64,000 nucleotides of DNA from Thermoanaerobaculia bacterium (lineage in GTDB: Bacteria; Acidobacteriota; Thermoanaerobaculia; Multivoradales; Multivoraceae): NCBI GenBank assembly GCA_963664405.1, contig OY761158.1, positions 3,424,001-3,488,000 on the forward strand, written 5' to 3'. The notes under the pieces were generated by a model. It worked only from the letters and a program-made list of their open reading frames with translations. It did not search any database and was not told the origin of the DNA. Position numbers and translations under genes: made by a program. Each line of letters starts with the position of its first letter. Positions within the stretch are counted from its first letter, which is position 1. Below, in pieces: positions 53,312 to 63,133 of the stretch.

Positions 53312-55012
53312 TTGGCCATCGGAGGTATTGCACGGATAGAGACCCGTCACAGCTCGGTGAAGCAGCTTCTCGAGCTGGGCAGGGAAAAAGGATACGTCCT
53401 CTACGACGAGATTCACGACGTCCTTCCCGATGAAGTGACGGCGATTCAAGAGGAACTTGACCAGGTCTTTGCGACCCTCGAGCAGGGCGGGATACCGGTT
53501 ATTCAGCGCCCGGAGCGCTTCATTAACCGGGAAGAGGACGACTCTACGACCCGCGAGTTCGACAAGAAGGACGGCATACCCGCGGATTTCCAGCTTCGGG
53601 ACCATGAAAAGACCGGTGATCCCGTGCGCATGTACTTGCGCGAAATGGGAACCGTGCCGCTGCTCGATCGCGAAGGCGAGGTTGAGATTGCTCGGCGAAT
53701 CGAGCAGGGCGAGTGGCTCGTCTACGAGTCACTGTGTGACAACCCTGTCGTCCTGCGAGAGCTCCTGCGACTTCACGAGCTTTCGCAGAAGGGCAAGATC
53801 ACCCTGGAAGAGGCTGGAGATGCCGACGACGAGCTTCGCGAAGAAGTAAAGAAACGGATCGATCGCAATCTGAAGATCTTCAAGCGTATTCGCGATTACG
53901 ACGAGAAAGTCGAACAGCTTCATCGACGTCGTAAGAAGCAGGCTGCCAAGGAGGAGGTCTGCCTCGAGATCGACCGCGAGGTGGATCGACTCACGGCGAG
54001 GATCTCCGAGGAGATTCGCAAGATCGATTTCACCCTCCAGACCCGCAACCGGTTGGTGGACTGGCTCAAGCGGATTGATCGGGAGTTCTCTCATATTGGA
54101 GCCGATATCCGCCGAGCGCAGACCGCTCTCAAGCAAGAGTCGAACAAAGAGATTCAAACCCTCCATCGGCGCCGTATCGCCAAGTATCGAAAGAGGCACC
54201 GAGAGCTGGAGCAGCGTTACGGCAGCACTCGCGCCTCGCTGGAGAAGACGCTGACCAAGATCCGCCGCGGCGAGGCTCTAAGCGAGCAGGCCCGCGAGGA
54301 GCTGATCGTCGCGAATCTGCGCTTGGTGGTGTCGATCGCGAAGAAATACACCAATCGAGGCTTGCAATTTCTCGACCTGATCCAGGAAGGGAACATCGGC
54401 CTGATGAAGGCCGTCGAGAAGTTCGAATACAGGCGGGGCTATAAGTTCTCCACCTACGCGACCTGGTGGATTCGTCAGGCGATAACGCGAGCCATTGCCG
54501 ATCAGGCGCGGACGATCCGCATTCCCGTGCACATGATCGAGACCATCAACAAGCTAACGCGAACGAGCCGTTCATTGGTGCAGGAGCTGGGTCGCGAGCC
54601 GACCGCGAAGGAGATCGGGCTTCGGATGGACCTTTCCGCCGACAAGGTGCGCAAGATCATGAAGATCGCACAAGAGCCGATCTCTCTCGAGACTCCTATC
54701 GGAGAGGAAGAGGATTCCCATCTTGGTGATTTCATCGAAGACAAAAACGCGGTCTCCCCGGTGGAGTCGGTGATCTCGACCAATTTGAAGGAGCAGACCG
54801 GAGTGGTTCTCAATAGCCTCTCGCCACGAGAGGAGTTGGTACTTCGGATGCGCTTTGGCGTCGGTGAGGGCTCAGAGCACACACTGGAAGAGGTCGGGCG
54901 CTCTTTCAACGTGACTCGTGAGCGGATCCGACAGATCGAGTCAAAGGCACTCAGGAAGTTGCGCCATCCCAGCCGGGCCGGCAAGCTGAAGCCGTTCTTG
55001 GACTCCGCTTGA
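53312..55012 (+). CDS. rpoD: RNA polymerase primary sigma factor sigma70
   Basis: [51 protein letters not shown]. Confidence 0.98.
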   Translation: MAIGGIARIETRHSSVKQLLELGREKGYVLYDEIHDVLPDEVTAIQEELDQVFATLEQGGIPVIQRPERFINREEDDSTTREFDKKDGIPADFQLRDHEKTGDPVRMYLREMGTVPLLDREGEVEIARRIEQGEWLVYESLCDNPVVLRELLRLHELSQKGKITLEEAGDADDELREEVKKRIDRNLKIFKRIRDYDEKVEQLHRRRKKQAAKEEVCLEIDREVDRLTARISEEIRKIDFTLQTRNRLVDWLKRIDREFSHIGADIRRAQTALKQESNKEIQTLHRRRIAKYRKRHRELEQRYGSTRASLEKTLTKIRRGEALSEQAREELIVANLRLVVSIAKKYTNRGLQFLDLIQEGNIGLMKAVEKFEYRRGYKFSTYATWWIRQAITRAIADQARTIRIPVHMIETINKLTRTSRSLVQELGREPTAKEIGLRMDLSADKVRKIMKIAQEPISLETPIGEEEDSHLGDFIEDKNAVSPVESVISTNLKEQTGVVLNSLSPREELVLRMRFGVGEGSEHTLEEVGRSFNVTRERIRQIESKALRKLRHPSRAGKLKPFLDSA

Positions 55013-55117
55013 TAAGCAGCATACGAAGGTCGAGACAGGTCTGATCTAGACTCGAGGCAGAGGCCGAGTTGTGATTCTTATTAATAGAGCGAGGATGTTG
55101 GGAGGATAGAGAGAGTC

Positions 55118-55630
55118 ATGGCAAAAAGCAGGGCTAACAAGGTCGAGACCACTGGGGTCGACAAAGATCTGATCGAGAAGTACGAGAAGGGCCTCCAGCA
55201 GGTGCACAAGGGCCAATGGTCCTCTGCCGAGAAGACCTTCTCCCAGGTGCTTGCATCCGACGGCGAGTCTTCGCTTGCGCAGCGGGCCCGGTGCTATCGC
55301 GGGATCTGTCAAGAGAAGCAGTCAGGTAGCGACGAAACGGATCAGGCTGATGCCTATCTGGTCGCGGTGATGGCAAAGAATAGTGGGGATCTCGACGCCT
55401 CGATGAGTCGATGTGATCGAGGCGGGCTCAAAGGCCGTGATCCTCGCTATGCTTATTTGGCGGCGACCGTAGAGGCCTTGCGGGGCAATCACGACGAAGC
55501 GGCCAAGCTCCTCGCCAAGGCGATCGAGCTGGAGCCGACCAGCCAGGTTCACGCTTTCTGGGATCCGGACTTCGAAGAGCTTCGTGTAGATCCGGAGCAC
55601 TCGGCTCTGTTCGAGACGCCGTCGTCATAA
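55118..55630 (+). CDS. TPR-like hypothetical protein
   Basis: Helical repeats, LAKAIELEP..A..DPDF. Confidence 0.65.
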   Translation: MAKSRANKVETTGVDKDLIEKYEKGLQQVHKGQWSSAEKTFSQVLASDGESSLAQRARCYRGICQEKQSGSDETDQADAYLVAVMAKNSGDLDASMSRCDRGGLKGRDPRYAYLAATVEALRGNHDEAAKLLAKAIELEPTSQVHAFWDPDFEELRVDPEHSALFETPSS

Positions 55631-55647
55631 CCGCTAGTTGCGCACCC

Positions 55648-56391
55648 GTGGACAGATCGAGGGTCGCGGTTGTACTGGCGGCCGGCAAGGGGACGCGGAT
55701 GCGCTCCCCGACGCCGAAGGTTCTTCACCTTGCCGCCGGTAGGCCGCTACTTCACTGGGTCCTGGATATGGCTCGGGAGATCCCCTGCGAGCGCGTGGTA
55801 GTCGTTGTCGGCTATGGCGCGGAGGAGGTGAGGCGGCAGACCGAGGGTGTCGGCATCGAGTGGGTCGTTCAGAGACAGCAGCTCGGTACCGGAGACGCGC
55901 TCACCCAAGCAGAGGGCGTGATCCCCGAGGATGCTCTGGTCCTGGTATTGTCCGGGGACGCTCCGTTGCTCCGTTTGAGCACTGCTCGCGGGCTCTTCGC
56001 CGCTGCCGGTCGCGGTTGGGGGGCGATGGCGGTTGCCGAGCTTGATGACCCGGGGCAGCTTGGCCGTGTCGTCACGACACCCGATGGGTTGTTGCTAAGG
56101 TCGGTGGAGGCGGCAGACGCGTCTCCGGAAGAGCTCAAGAACACTCTCGTCAACGCCGGCGCTTATGCCCTTCCAGCCAACGAGATCTTCGGCTATCTTC
56201 ACCGCTTGAGCGCGGAAAATGCTCAGGGCGAGATCTATCTCCCCGATGCACTCAACCTGGCCGCGGCGGAGGGTCGCAGGGTCTTCTGCCTCCCAGTCTC
56301 CGACACCAGCGAGGCTTGGGGTGTGAATACTCCCGATGACCTCGCTAGGGTCGACGACCGTCTTTCGGCTCGCGAGGGCGATCCCGAGTGA
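55648..56391 (+). CDS. GlmU-like N-acetylglucosamine-1-P uridyltransferase domain only
   Basis: LAAGKGTRM..PKVLH, QQLGTG, SGDAPLL, NAQGEIYL.D, GVN; ends before the acetyltransferase beta-helix. Confidence 0.85.
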   Translation: MDRSRVAVVLAAGKGTRMRSPTPKVLHLAAGRPLLHWVLDMAREIPCERVVVVVGYGAEEVRRQTEGVGIEWVVQRQQLGTGDALTQAEGVIPEDALVLVLSGDAPLLRLSTARGLFAAAGRGWGAMAVAELDDPGQLGRVVTTPDGLLLRSVEAADASPEELKNTLVNAGAYALPANEIFGYLHRLSAENAQGEIYLPDALNLAAAEGRRVFCLPVSDTSEAWGVNTPDDLARVDDRLSAREGDPE

Positions 56392-58559
56392 GCGCGTTGG
56401 ATCTCGAAGGGCGGTTGAATGAGGCGCAGCTTGCCGCCGTGACCCACGGTGAGGGGCCGCAGCTGGTTTTGGCGGGAGCAGGCTCCGGCAAGACCAGGGT
56501 CATTACCCATCGGATCGGATGGCTGATCGAGGAGATGGGTGTCGACCCCCGCGCCATCACGGCGATGACCTTTACCAATAAGGCTGCTCGTGAGATGGAG
56601 TCTCGGGTCGAGACCCTCCTTCGCACGGATCGCCTAGAAAGCTCCGTCGGAACCTTCCATCGCTTCGGTCTGAAGTTGCTCAGGCGCTTCGGCGAGCGGA
56701 TCGAGTTGAAGCGCGGGTTCACGGTCTTTGACGATACCGATCAGATCGCGCTGGTGAAGCGCTCCCTCAAAGACGAGGGCCTCGACGAGGGCTCTTTCCC
56801 GCCGAGAACGATGCTCTCGCGAATCAGCGATGCCAAGTCGCGACTGCTCACCCCCGCCGCCCATGCAGCGGGCGCCGAGACTTTCTTCGAAAAGCGCCTT
56901 GCGCAAGTCTTTCGTCGATACGAGCATCTTCTGCAGCGATCGTCGGCGGTCGACTTCGACGACCTCATTGGTTTGCCGGTTCGTCTGCTCGTCGAGGATG
57001 CGGAGATCGGACGGCGCATTCGTGGCGGTCTCCGCCATCTTCTCGTGGACGAGTTCCAGGATACGAATCATGCCCAACTGCGCCTCGTTCGAGAGCTCAT
57101 CGGTCCGGGCGGGAACATCACTGCGGTTGGCGATGAGGACCAGGGGATCTATCGCTGGCGGGGGGCGGATCTGGCTAATGTTCTGGAATTCGAGAAAAGC
57201 TTCCCAGACGCGGTGGTGCGCAAGCTCGAGCAGAACTACCGATCGACTCAGACCATTCTCGACGCCTCCGGAGGTCTGATCGCGCACAATGAGGGACGTC
57301 GCGGTAAGCGCCTGTGGACCGATAGAGGCGCAGGAGACCCGTTAGAGCTGTTCCGGGCTAGGGACGAGATCGACGAGGCGCGTTGGGTGGTTCGTACGGC
57401 CAGGCAGCTCGAAGCCGAGGGCGCCAGATGGAGCGAGATTGGCGTGCTTGTGCGCACCAATGCGCAGACACGAGCGCTCGAAGAGGAGCTCCTGCGTACC
57501 GAGACCCCTTACACCTTGGTCGGAGGAACTCGCTTTTACCAGCGGGCCGAGATCCGCGATCTGGTTGCCTATCTGCGCGCGATCGGTGATCCGCGCGATC
57601 AGATCTCGATGGAGCGCATTCTGAATCAACCTCCGCGCGGCATCGGACGCAAGACCCAGCGGCTTGTCGCCACCGAGTGCGAGCGCCAAGGGCTGACGCT
57701 ATGGGATTTCTTGGTGGTCGATCAGTTCGAGAGTCTTCCTGAACGCAGCGCGAAGGCCTTGCGCAGGTTCCGGGACTTGTTGCAGGCCCTGCAGGGGGAT
57801 CTCGACCAATTGCCGCTGGTCGCCTTCCTCGATCAGCTCCTGGAGCGTACGGGCTATCTAGGCCTCTTCGCTGGCGATGATGAGGACTCGAGGGGGCGGC
57901 GCGAAAATGTCGGCGAGTTCCTCTCCGCGGCACAGGGTTTCGGTGGTGAGAGCGAGTCTGGTCGCGTTTCTCTTACGGAGCTTCTCGACCACATCGCCCT
58001 GGTCTCGGATCTGGATGGTTGGAAGGTGGAGCGTGGGGTCTCGTTGATGACGCTGCACAGCGCCAAGGGCCTCGAGTTTCCGCTGGTCTTCGTCGGCGGC
58101 CTCGAGGAAGGAGTGATCCCTCACTACAACGCCAAGGAGCCCGCCGACATCGAGGAGGAACGCCGTCTCCTCTACGTCGGAATGACTCGTGCGGAGAGGC
58201 GCCTTTTTCTCTCGTCTTGCCTTCGCCGCCGAGTCGCCGGTCGCTTTCAGGACCAAAGGCCTTCGCCCTTTCTTGATGAGATTCCGTCTTCTCTCGTCAT
58301 CGTCCACGACAGTCCATCCCTCTTCGAGGGCGAAAGAACCCGTGGCGCCGCGACCTTCTTCGGTCGCCAGCAGGCCCCCTCTGAGCCGGAGTCAGGCAAG
58401 CTCGCCAAAGGCAGCCGAGTCCGTCACCCCAAGCTCGGCGACGGCGTAGTCCTCAGTGTCGAAGGCTACGGCGACGGCGCCAAGCTCACGGTCTTCTTCG
58501 CCAGCGCCGGCAAGCGAAAGCTCGTCGCCAAGTTCGCCAACCTCGAATCCATCAGCTAG
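56388..58559 (+). CDS. pcrA: ATP-dependent DNA helicase PcrA/UvrD
   Basis: AGAGSGKT, TFTNKAA, VDEFQDTN, LEQNYRS, TLHSAKGLEF, EERRLLYVGMTRA, C-terminal Tudor-like domain. Confidence 0.95.
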   Translation: MSALDLEGRLNEAQLAAVTHGEGPQLVLAGAGSGKTRVITHRIGWLIEEMGVDPRAITAMTFTNKAAREMESRVETLLRTDRLESSVGTFHRFGLKLLRRFGERIELKRGFTVFDDTDQIALVKRSLKDEGLDEGSFPPRTMLSRISDAKSRLLTPAAHAAGAETFFEKRLAQVFRRYEHLLQRSSAVDFDDLIGLPVRLLVEDAEIGRRIRGGLRHLLVDEFQDTNHAQLRLVRELIGPGGNITAVGDEDQGIYRWRGADLANVLEFEKSFPDAVVRKLEQNYRSTQTILDASGGLIAHNEGRRGKRLWTDRGAGDPLELFRARDEIDEARWVVRTARQLEAEGARWSEIGVLVRTNAQTRALEEELLRTETPYTLVGGTRFYQRAEIRDLVAYLRAIGDPRDQISMERILNQPPRGIGRKTQRLVATECERQGLTLWDFLVVDQFESLPERSAKALRRFRDLLQALQGDLDQLPLVAFLDQLLERTGYLGLFAGDDEDSRGRRENVGEFLSAAQGFGGESESGRVSLTELLDHIALVSDLDGWKVERGVSLMTLHSAKGLEFPLVFVGGLEEGVIPHYNAKEPADIEEERRLLYVGMTRAERRLFLSSCLRRRVAGRFQDQRPSPFLDEIPSSLVIVHDSPSLFEGERTRGAATFFGRQQAPSEPESGKLAKGSRVRHPKLGDGVVLSVEGYGDGAKLTVFFASAGKRKLVAKFANLESIS

Positions 58560-58646
58560 CCCCGGAAAACGGGCCTGCGGCCCGTTCTCCGGCCCATCCC
58601 CCCCTAAGAACTACTCGCCTGTCCGAATTCTCGGACACGCTCCTAG
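58556..58646. repeat. 91-bp CTAG-bounded dispersed repeat, copy 2 (inverted relative to copy 1)
   Basis: Reverse complement matches 24491-24581 at 85/91; its CTAG contains the pcrA stop codon. Confidence 0.9.
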
Positions 58647-58850
58647 GCAAGGCTCTTCGCGGGCTGGGGGGGGCCGGCCCCAAAGATCCCCCGCCGCAGA
58701 CACCCTGAAGCCGCCTCCGTGTTTCGACTAGCAGACACGGTTGGTGCCGGACGAGGCCGCCGCCGAGCGGGGGACAGGCTGGTGGGGACAGAAAGCCGGT
58801 CCCAACGCCCACCCGCGGCCGGGCCCCGGCGACAACGATCGCCGGAGAGG

Positions 58851-59402
58851 CTACTCCGCAGGGAGGAATTCGTCTCGGGTGAGGCCGTAGAGGTAGTGAT
58901 CGACTCTGCGGTCGGCGAGGACGAAGTAGCCGCGGAGTTTGCCTTCGCGGGTGAAGCCTGTGCTTTCGAGGACTCGCTGGGAAGCGTGGTTGTCGACCGA
59001 GCAGCGGGCCTCGACCCGGTAGAGGGAGCTGGCAAGGAAGAGCTCGGGCAAGAGGAGGCCGACGGCTCGAGGCATGATGCCGCAGCCTTGAAAGGGCGAC
59101 GACAGGGCGAAGCCGATCTCACAGAGGCCATGCTCCCAGTTGGCTACGACCAGCGTGATCCAGCCGGCCGGTGTTCGTCCGGCCTCGATTACCCACTGAA
59201 ACCGATCGCCTCTCGAGCGGTAGAGGTCGTCTACGTTCTGCGCCGCGAGATCGGCGCGGATGTGGGAGACGGCGACGTCGCGCAGCGGTTGATGCTTGCG
59301 AACGCTCGGCTCGGATCTCCAGGAGCGGAAGAGGGCTGCGTCCGACACCCGCGCTGGCCGAATTCGGACCCGCTCGGGACGAGGATCGGGAGAGGTGACC
59401 AC
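58851..59402 (-). CDS. GNAT acetyltransferase, RimJ/RimL family
   Basis: EIGF..FQGCG, N.ASQRVLE..GF..EG.LR, DHYLYGL. Confidence 0.88.
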   Translation of the reverse strand: MVTSPDPRPERVRIRPARVSDAALFRSWRSEPSVRKHQPLRDVAVSHIRADLAAQNVDDLYRSRGDRFQWVIEAGRTPAGWITLVVANWEHGLCEIGFALSSPFQGCGIMPRAVGLLLPELFLASSLYRVEARCSVDNHASQRVLESTGFTREGKLRGYFVLADRRVDHYLYGLTRDEFLPAE

Positions 59403-59447
59403 GGGCCTCTAGTTTATCCCTGGCCCGCTGTTTCTGGGGCCGAGCGC

Positions 59448-60977
59448 TCAGGGCCGCGGCTCGAGCTGGAGGCTCCCGCTCGGAGAAAGACCCTCTTGGT
59501 CGAATGCCATGACCGGCACGGATCGCTGCTGCCGGGCGCCGACGGAGAGAAGAAAAACGTAGAAGTAACCGCGGAAGAACAGATAGAGGAAGGGCATCGC
59601 CAACCACATGCCGAGCACCGCCGCAGCACTGGTGCATACCGCGAAGTAGAGCGCGAAGGCCCCTTCGAGGAGAAAGGTAGAGCTAAGCCGCGATCGATAT
59701 CGAAGAGGAGGGGCAAGAGCACCATCCCTTCCCTCGACGCTGTACTTGGGCGTTCTCACGAAAACGCCGCCTTTCTTCAACAATCCCGCGATCACGGCAC
59801 GAGCACTGTTGAGAGATAACCCGATACCGAGTGCTAGAACTGCCGGCATGAGCCGCAGCGGCGACTTTTCACCGGTTGGAGAGAGTCTCTGACTGGCGAA
59901 GAAGAAGACGACCACAGAGGCCGTTGCCGCCAGAAAGAGCGGAAGGTCGATCGCCAACAGTTTCCACTGGCCGGCACCCTGGCGCACTAGCATCGCCGGA
60001 AAGATGAGCAGAGATAACGCCACCATGAGCACCGCACTGAGGTTGTTGGTCAGGTGCAAGGACGCTTCGAGTTTCTTCCACCAGGGCTCCGTCGAGAGCA
60101 GGATCGACCCGAGGAGCTTCCTGCCGGTCTGGATCGAGCCTTTAGCCCAGCGGTACTGCTGGGTCTTTAGCGCGGCGATGTCGACTGGGAGCTCGGCAGG
60201 TACAGCGACTTCCGGCAAGTACACGAAGCGCCAGCCGGCGAGCTGTGCCCGGTAGGAGAGGTCGAGGTCCTCGGTCAATGTGTCGTGCTGCCAACCTCCA
60301 GCCTCGAGGATGGCTCTCTTGCGCCAGATGCCCGCCGTACCGTTGAAGTTGAAGAAGCGACCGCTCACAAATCGCGCGCTGTGCTCGATCAGAAAGTGGC
60401 CATCCAGAAGAATGGCCTGCACTCTGGTCAACAGAGAACGCTTCCGGTTCAAGTGCTCCCACCGCGCCTGCACCATCCCGACTTTCGGATCGCGGAAGGG
60501 TGCGAGCGTCCTGTGCAGGAAGTCCGGGGGCGGCACGAAGTCGGCGTCGAAGACCGCGATCAGGTCGGCTTCCGCGCTCTCGAGACCGGCGGCAAGCGCG
60601 CCGGCCTTGAAGCCCTTGCGCTCGGTCCGATGAAGGTGTCTGACTCGGTAGCCGCGTGCTCGCCACTTCTGTACGGCCGCGTCGACGATTCCGACAGTCT
60701 CGTCATTCGAATCGTCAAGGACCTGAATGTCGAGGAGCTCTTGCGGATAGTTCATCGCACATACGGCGTCGAGCAGTCGGGGAGCCACGTACATCTCGTT
60801 GTAGAGTGGCAACTGAACCGTGACCCGAGGGAGGTCGTCTAGAGCGCTTACCGGCGTCGGAGGGCGCGGGTGGCGAGCCAAGAGCGCCAGGAGCCAGGCG
60901 CGGTGGATGCCGTAGAGAGCCAACACCGTGAGGATGCCGTAGTAGAACGGCAGAATCAGATTCCAGGTTGAAAACAT
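59448..60977 (-). CDS. GT2 membrane glycosyltransferase (cellulose-synthase-like)
   Basis: QLPLYNE, LDDS, GFKAGAL, FDADF, TED, QQYRW (QxxRW), FVRTPK. Confidence 0.92.
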   Translation of the reverse strand: MFSTWNLILPFYYGILTVLALYGIHRAWLLALLARHPRPPTPVSALDDLPRVTVQLPLYNEMYVAPRLLDAVCAMNYPQELLDIQVLDDSNDETVGIVDAAVQKWRARGYRVRHLHRTERKGFKAGALAAGLESAEADLIAVFDADFVPPPDFLHRTLAPFRDPKVGMVQARWEHLNRKRSLLTRVQAILLDGHFLIEHSARFVSGRFFNFNGTAGIWRKRAILEAGGWQHDTLTEDLDLSYRAQLAGWRFVYLPEVAVPAELPVDIAALKTQQYRWAKGSIQTGRKLLGSILLSTEPWWKKLEASLHLTNNLSAVLMVALSLLIFPAMLVRQGAGQWKLLAIDLPLFLAATASVVVFFFASQRLSPTGEKSPLRLMPAVLALGIGLSLNSARAVIAGLLKKGGVFVRTPKYSVEGRDGALAPPLRYRSRLSSTFLLEGAFALYFAVCTSAAAVLGMWLAMPFLYLFFRGYFYVFLLSVGARQQRSVPVMAFDQEGLSPSGSLQLEPRP

Positions 60978-60981
60978 CGCG

Positions 60982-62361
60982 GTGGCCCTATCAGAGGCGG
61001 TGAGCTGGTTGCGGAAAAACGGCGTTTTCGTCGTACCGCTCTTCCTGTCCCTCGTCGGCTTGTTGTGGGTCTATGATCTGGCCCTTCGCCCCGGTCTCGG
61101 TCTCTTCCTTTTTCTCGGTGCAGGTCTGAGCTTCGCTCTTGTGCTGGGGCGACTTGGCAATTCCGGCGTTCCGGCCTCGGTGGTGTTAGTTGGCGCTGTC
61201 CTACTTCGTTTGCTCGCGCTTCCTCTCGTTCCCAGCCTGTCCGACGACATCTATCGCTACTTATGGGACGGGAAGATCACGCTTGCTGGTTTTAACCCCT
61301 ATTTCCTCGCTCCCGAAGCAGAGGAGCTGCGTCCTCTGAGGGACTCTCTCTGGCACCAGGTTGCCCATCGCGAGGTGGAGACCGTATACCCACCGTTCGC
61401 TCTGGCGCTGTTCAGTATAGCGACACTCTTCTCCGCGCCGCTTCTGGCGCTCAAATGCATGCTGACCGCTATCGACATCCTGTCTTGTGTTCTGCTTGTC
61501 AGCCTAGTTCGCGCCAGGGGCGATCCGGTTGGTCGCTGCATCGGCTACGCCTGGAACCCGCTGGTGGTCGTGGAGGTGGCTGGCATGGGGCACGTCGATG
61601 CGCTCGGAATCGCGCCTCTCATCGCCGGGGCGCTCCTTCTTGAAAAAGCCAGGGACTCGTCGTTGCCGACAGCGGGTCGCCGAATTGCAGAGAGCGCCGC
61701 AAGCGGCGTGCTCGTCGCTCTCGCGGTGCTATCGAAGTTGGTTCCGCTTCTCCTCCTTCCCGCTTGGTCTCGGCGAACGCCTAGGCGGATATTCATGTTG
61801 ATGGCCTTCACCTTGGTGCTGCTCGCGACAACCCTTCCGTTCGCTTCAGGCTTCCGAGCTCCGCCTGGTCCGGTTACGTACGGTGTCTCCTGGGAGTTCA
61901 ATGGTCCTTTGTTCGAGCCACTGTGGAGGGTCTTCGATGCCCTCTCGGTGGATCGCTGGCTCAAGGGCGGACTCAGTGCGATCGAGCGCCTCCCCGGCCT
62001 CGACGGTGTGCTGGGCCCTCTCTACCCATTCGTTTACTCGCAGTTGCTCGCGAAGCTGCTTCTTCTTGGCGGCTTGGTGGTGGCGGTGGTCGTGTCGTGG
62101 CGTCAAAGGGATGTGGTTGCTGCTGCATTCGTAGTGTTCGCCGGCATGGTCCTATTCTCAGCCACGGTCTATCCCTGGTATCTCATCTGGGTACTGCCTT
62201 GGGCCGCTGCTCTTGGCCGCTGGCCGTGGCTGGTCCTCTCGTCGGTGGCGTGCTTTGTCTATATGCCTGAGCTCCTCGGTATACCCTTGATACCGTGGCC
62301 TTTTCTGCTGATGTGGACACCCTTCGTGGTCGCTCTGAACCTGGAGCGACGTACCGGCTGA
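60982..62361 (+). CDS. GT-C (GT87/DUF2029-like) membrane glycosyltransferase
   Basis: SDDIYRYLWDG, NPY, YPP, AWNPL..E.AG.GH.D, WEFN, YPWY; start may be GTG 61000. Confidence 0.82.
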   Translation: MALSEAVSWLRKNGVFVVPLFLSLVGLLWVYDLALRPGLGLFLFLGAGLSFALVLGRLGNSGVPASVVLVGAVLLRLLALPLVPSLSDDIYRYLWDGKITLAGFNPYFLAPEAEELRPLRDSLWHQVAHREVETVYPPFALALFSIATLFSAPLLALKCMLTAIDILSCVLLVSLVRARGDPVGRCIGYAWNPLVVVEVAGMGHVDALGIAPLIAGALLLEKARDSSLPTAGRRIAESAASGVLVALAVLSKLVPLLLLPAWSRRTPRRIFMLMAFTLVLLATTLPFASGFRAPPGPVTYGVSWEFNGPLFEPLWRVFDALSVDRWLKGGLSAIERLPGLDGVLGPLYPFVYSQLLAKLLLLGGLVVAVVVSWRQRDVVAAAFVVFAGMVLFSATVYPWYLIWVLPWAAALGRWPWLVLSSVACFVYMPELLGIPLIPWPFLLMWTPFVVALNLERRTG

Positions 62362-63113
62362 CGGTCTCCTACCTTGGTACCGCTTACGGGGGTTGGCAGC
62401 GGCAGCTCAACACCGTCGCCGTCCAACAGTTGGTCGAGGAGTCGCTTGAGCAGGTTGTCGGAGAACCGGTTCGAGTAACAGGTGCCAGTCGCACGGATGC
62501 AGGCGTGCACGCCCGTGGCCAGGAGTTGCACCTGCGCCTCTCCAATCCATGCTCGGTGGGGGCCCTTGTAGGAGGCAGCAATCACTACCTGCCGGCCGAT
62601 ATTCGAGTGATGCGGGCGCAGCGAGTGTGCGATGCGTTCAATGCACGTGCCTGGGCCCTTGCCAAGGAGTATCACTATCGAATGTCTCTGCGGCCCGTGC
62701 TCTCGCCCTTCGAGGCGCCGGCGAGCTTGCGGGTCGGTCGCCATTTCGATGCCCACCGTTTTCGTGCCGGCCTGGCTCTTCTCGAGGGTCGCCATGACTT
62801 TGCGGCATTCGCGCGCAGTGGCGGCGCTCATACCCAGACCTGGAGGCGGGTGTTCTTGGCCCAGCTACTCGAGCAGGGGCCGGACTTGGTCTTCCGCATT
62901 GTCGGCGACGGCTTCCTGCGAGGGATGGTGCGGGCACTAGTTGGAACCTTGTTGTGGGTTGCCCGGGGTAAGATGGAGCTCGGCACTTTCTCGAGCCTCC
63001 TAGCCGCCGGCGCCCGATCCCAAGCGGGCCCCTCGGCTCCGGCGAAGGGACTCACCCTGATCCGGGTGCACTACCCCAACGGAGGTTGGTTCTGGCAAGG
63101 GCCGACGTTGTGA
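62313..63113 (+). CDS. truA: tRNA pseudouridine(38-40) synthase
   Basis: YLGTAYGGWQ, ASRTDAGVHA, G.HDF, GFLRGMVR, APAKGL; start uncertain. Confidence 0.95.
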   Translation: MDTLRGRSEPGATYRLTVSYLGTAYGGWQRQLNTVAVQQLVEESLEQVVGEPVRVTGASRTDAGVHARGQELHLRLSNPCSVGALVGGSNHYLPADIRVMRAQRVCDAFNARAWALAKEYHYRMSLRPVLSPFEAPASLRVGRHFDAHRFRAGLALLEGRHDFAAFARSGGAHTQTWRRVFLAQLLEQGPDLVFRIVGDGFLRGMVRALVGTLLWVARGKMELGTFSSLLAAGARSQAGPSAPAKGLTLIRVHYPNGGWFWQGPTL

Positions 63114-63133
63114 TACTTTGTCGCGGGTTCGTG

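Noticed and set aside
58719-59819. 366-aa plus-strand ORF
   Set aside because: Antisense to the GNAT and GT2 genes, with no recognisable motifs
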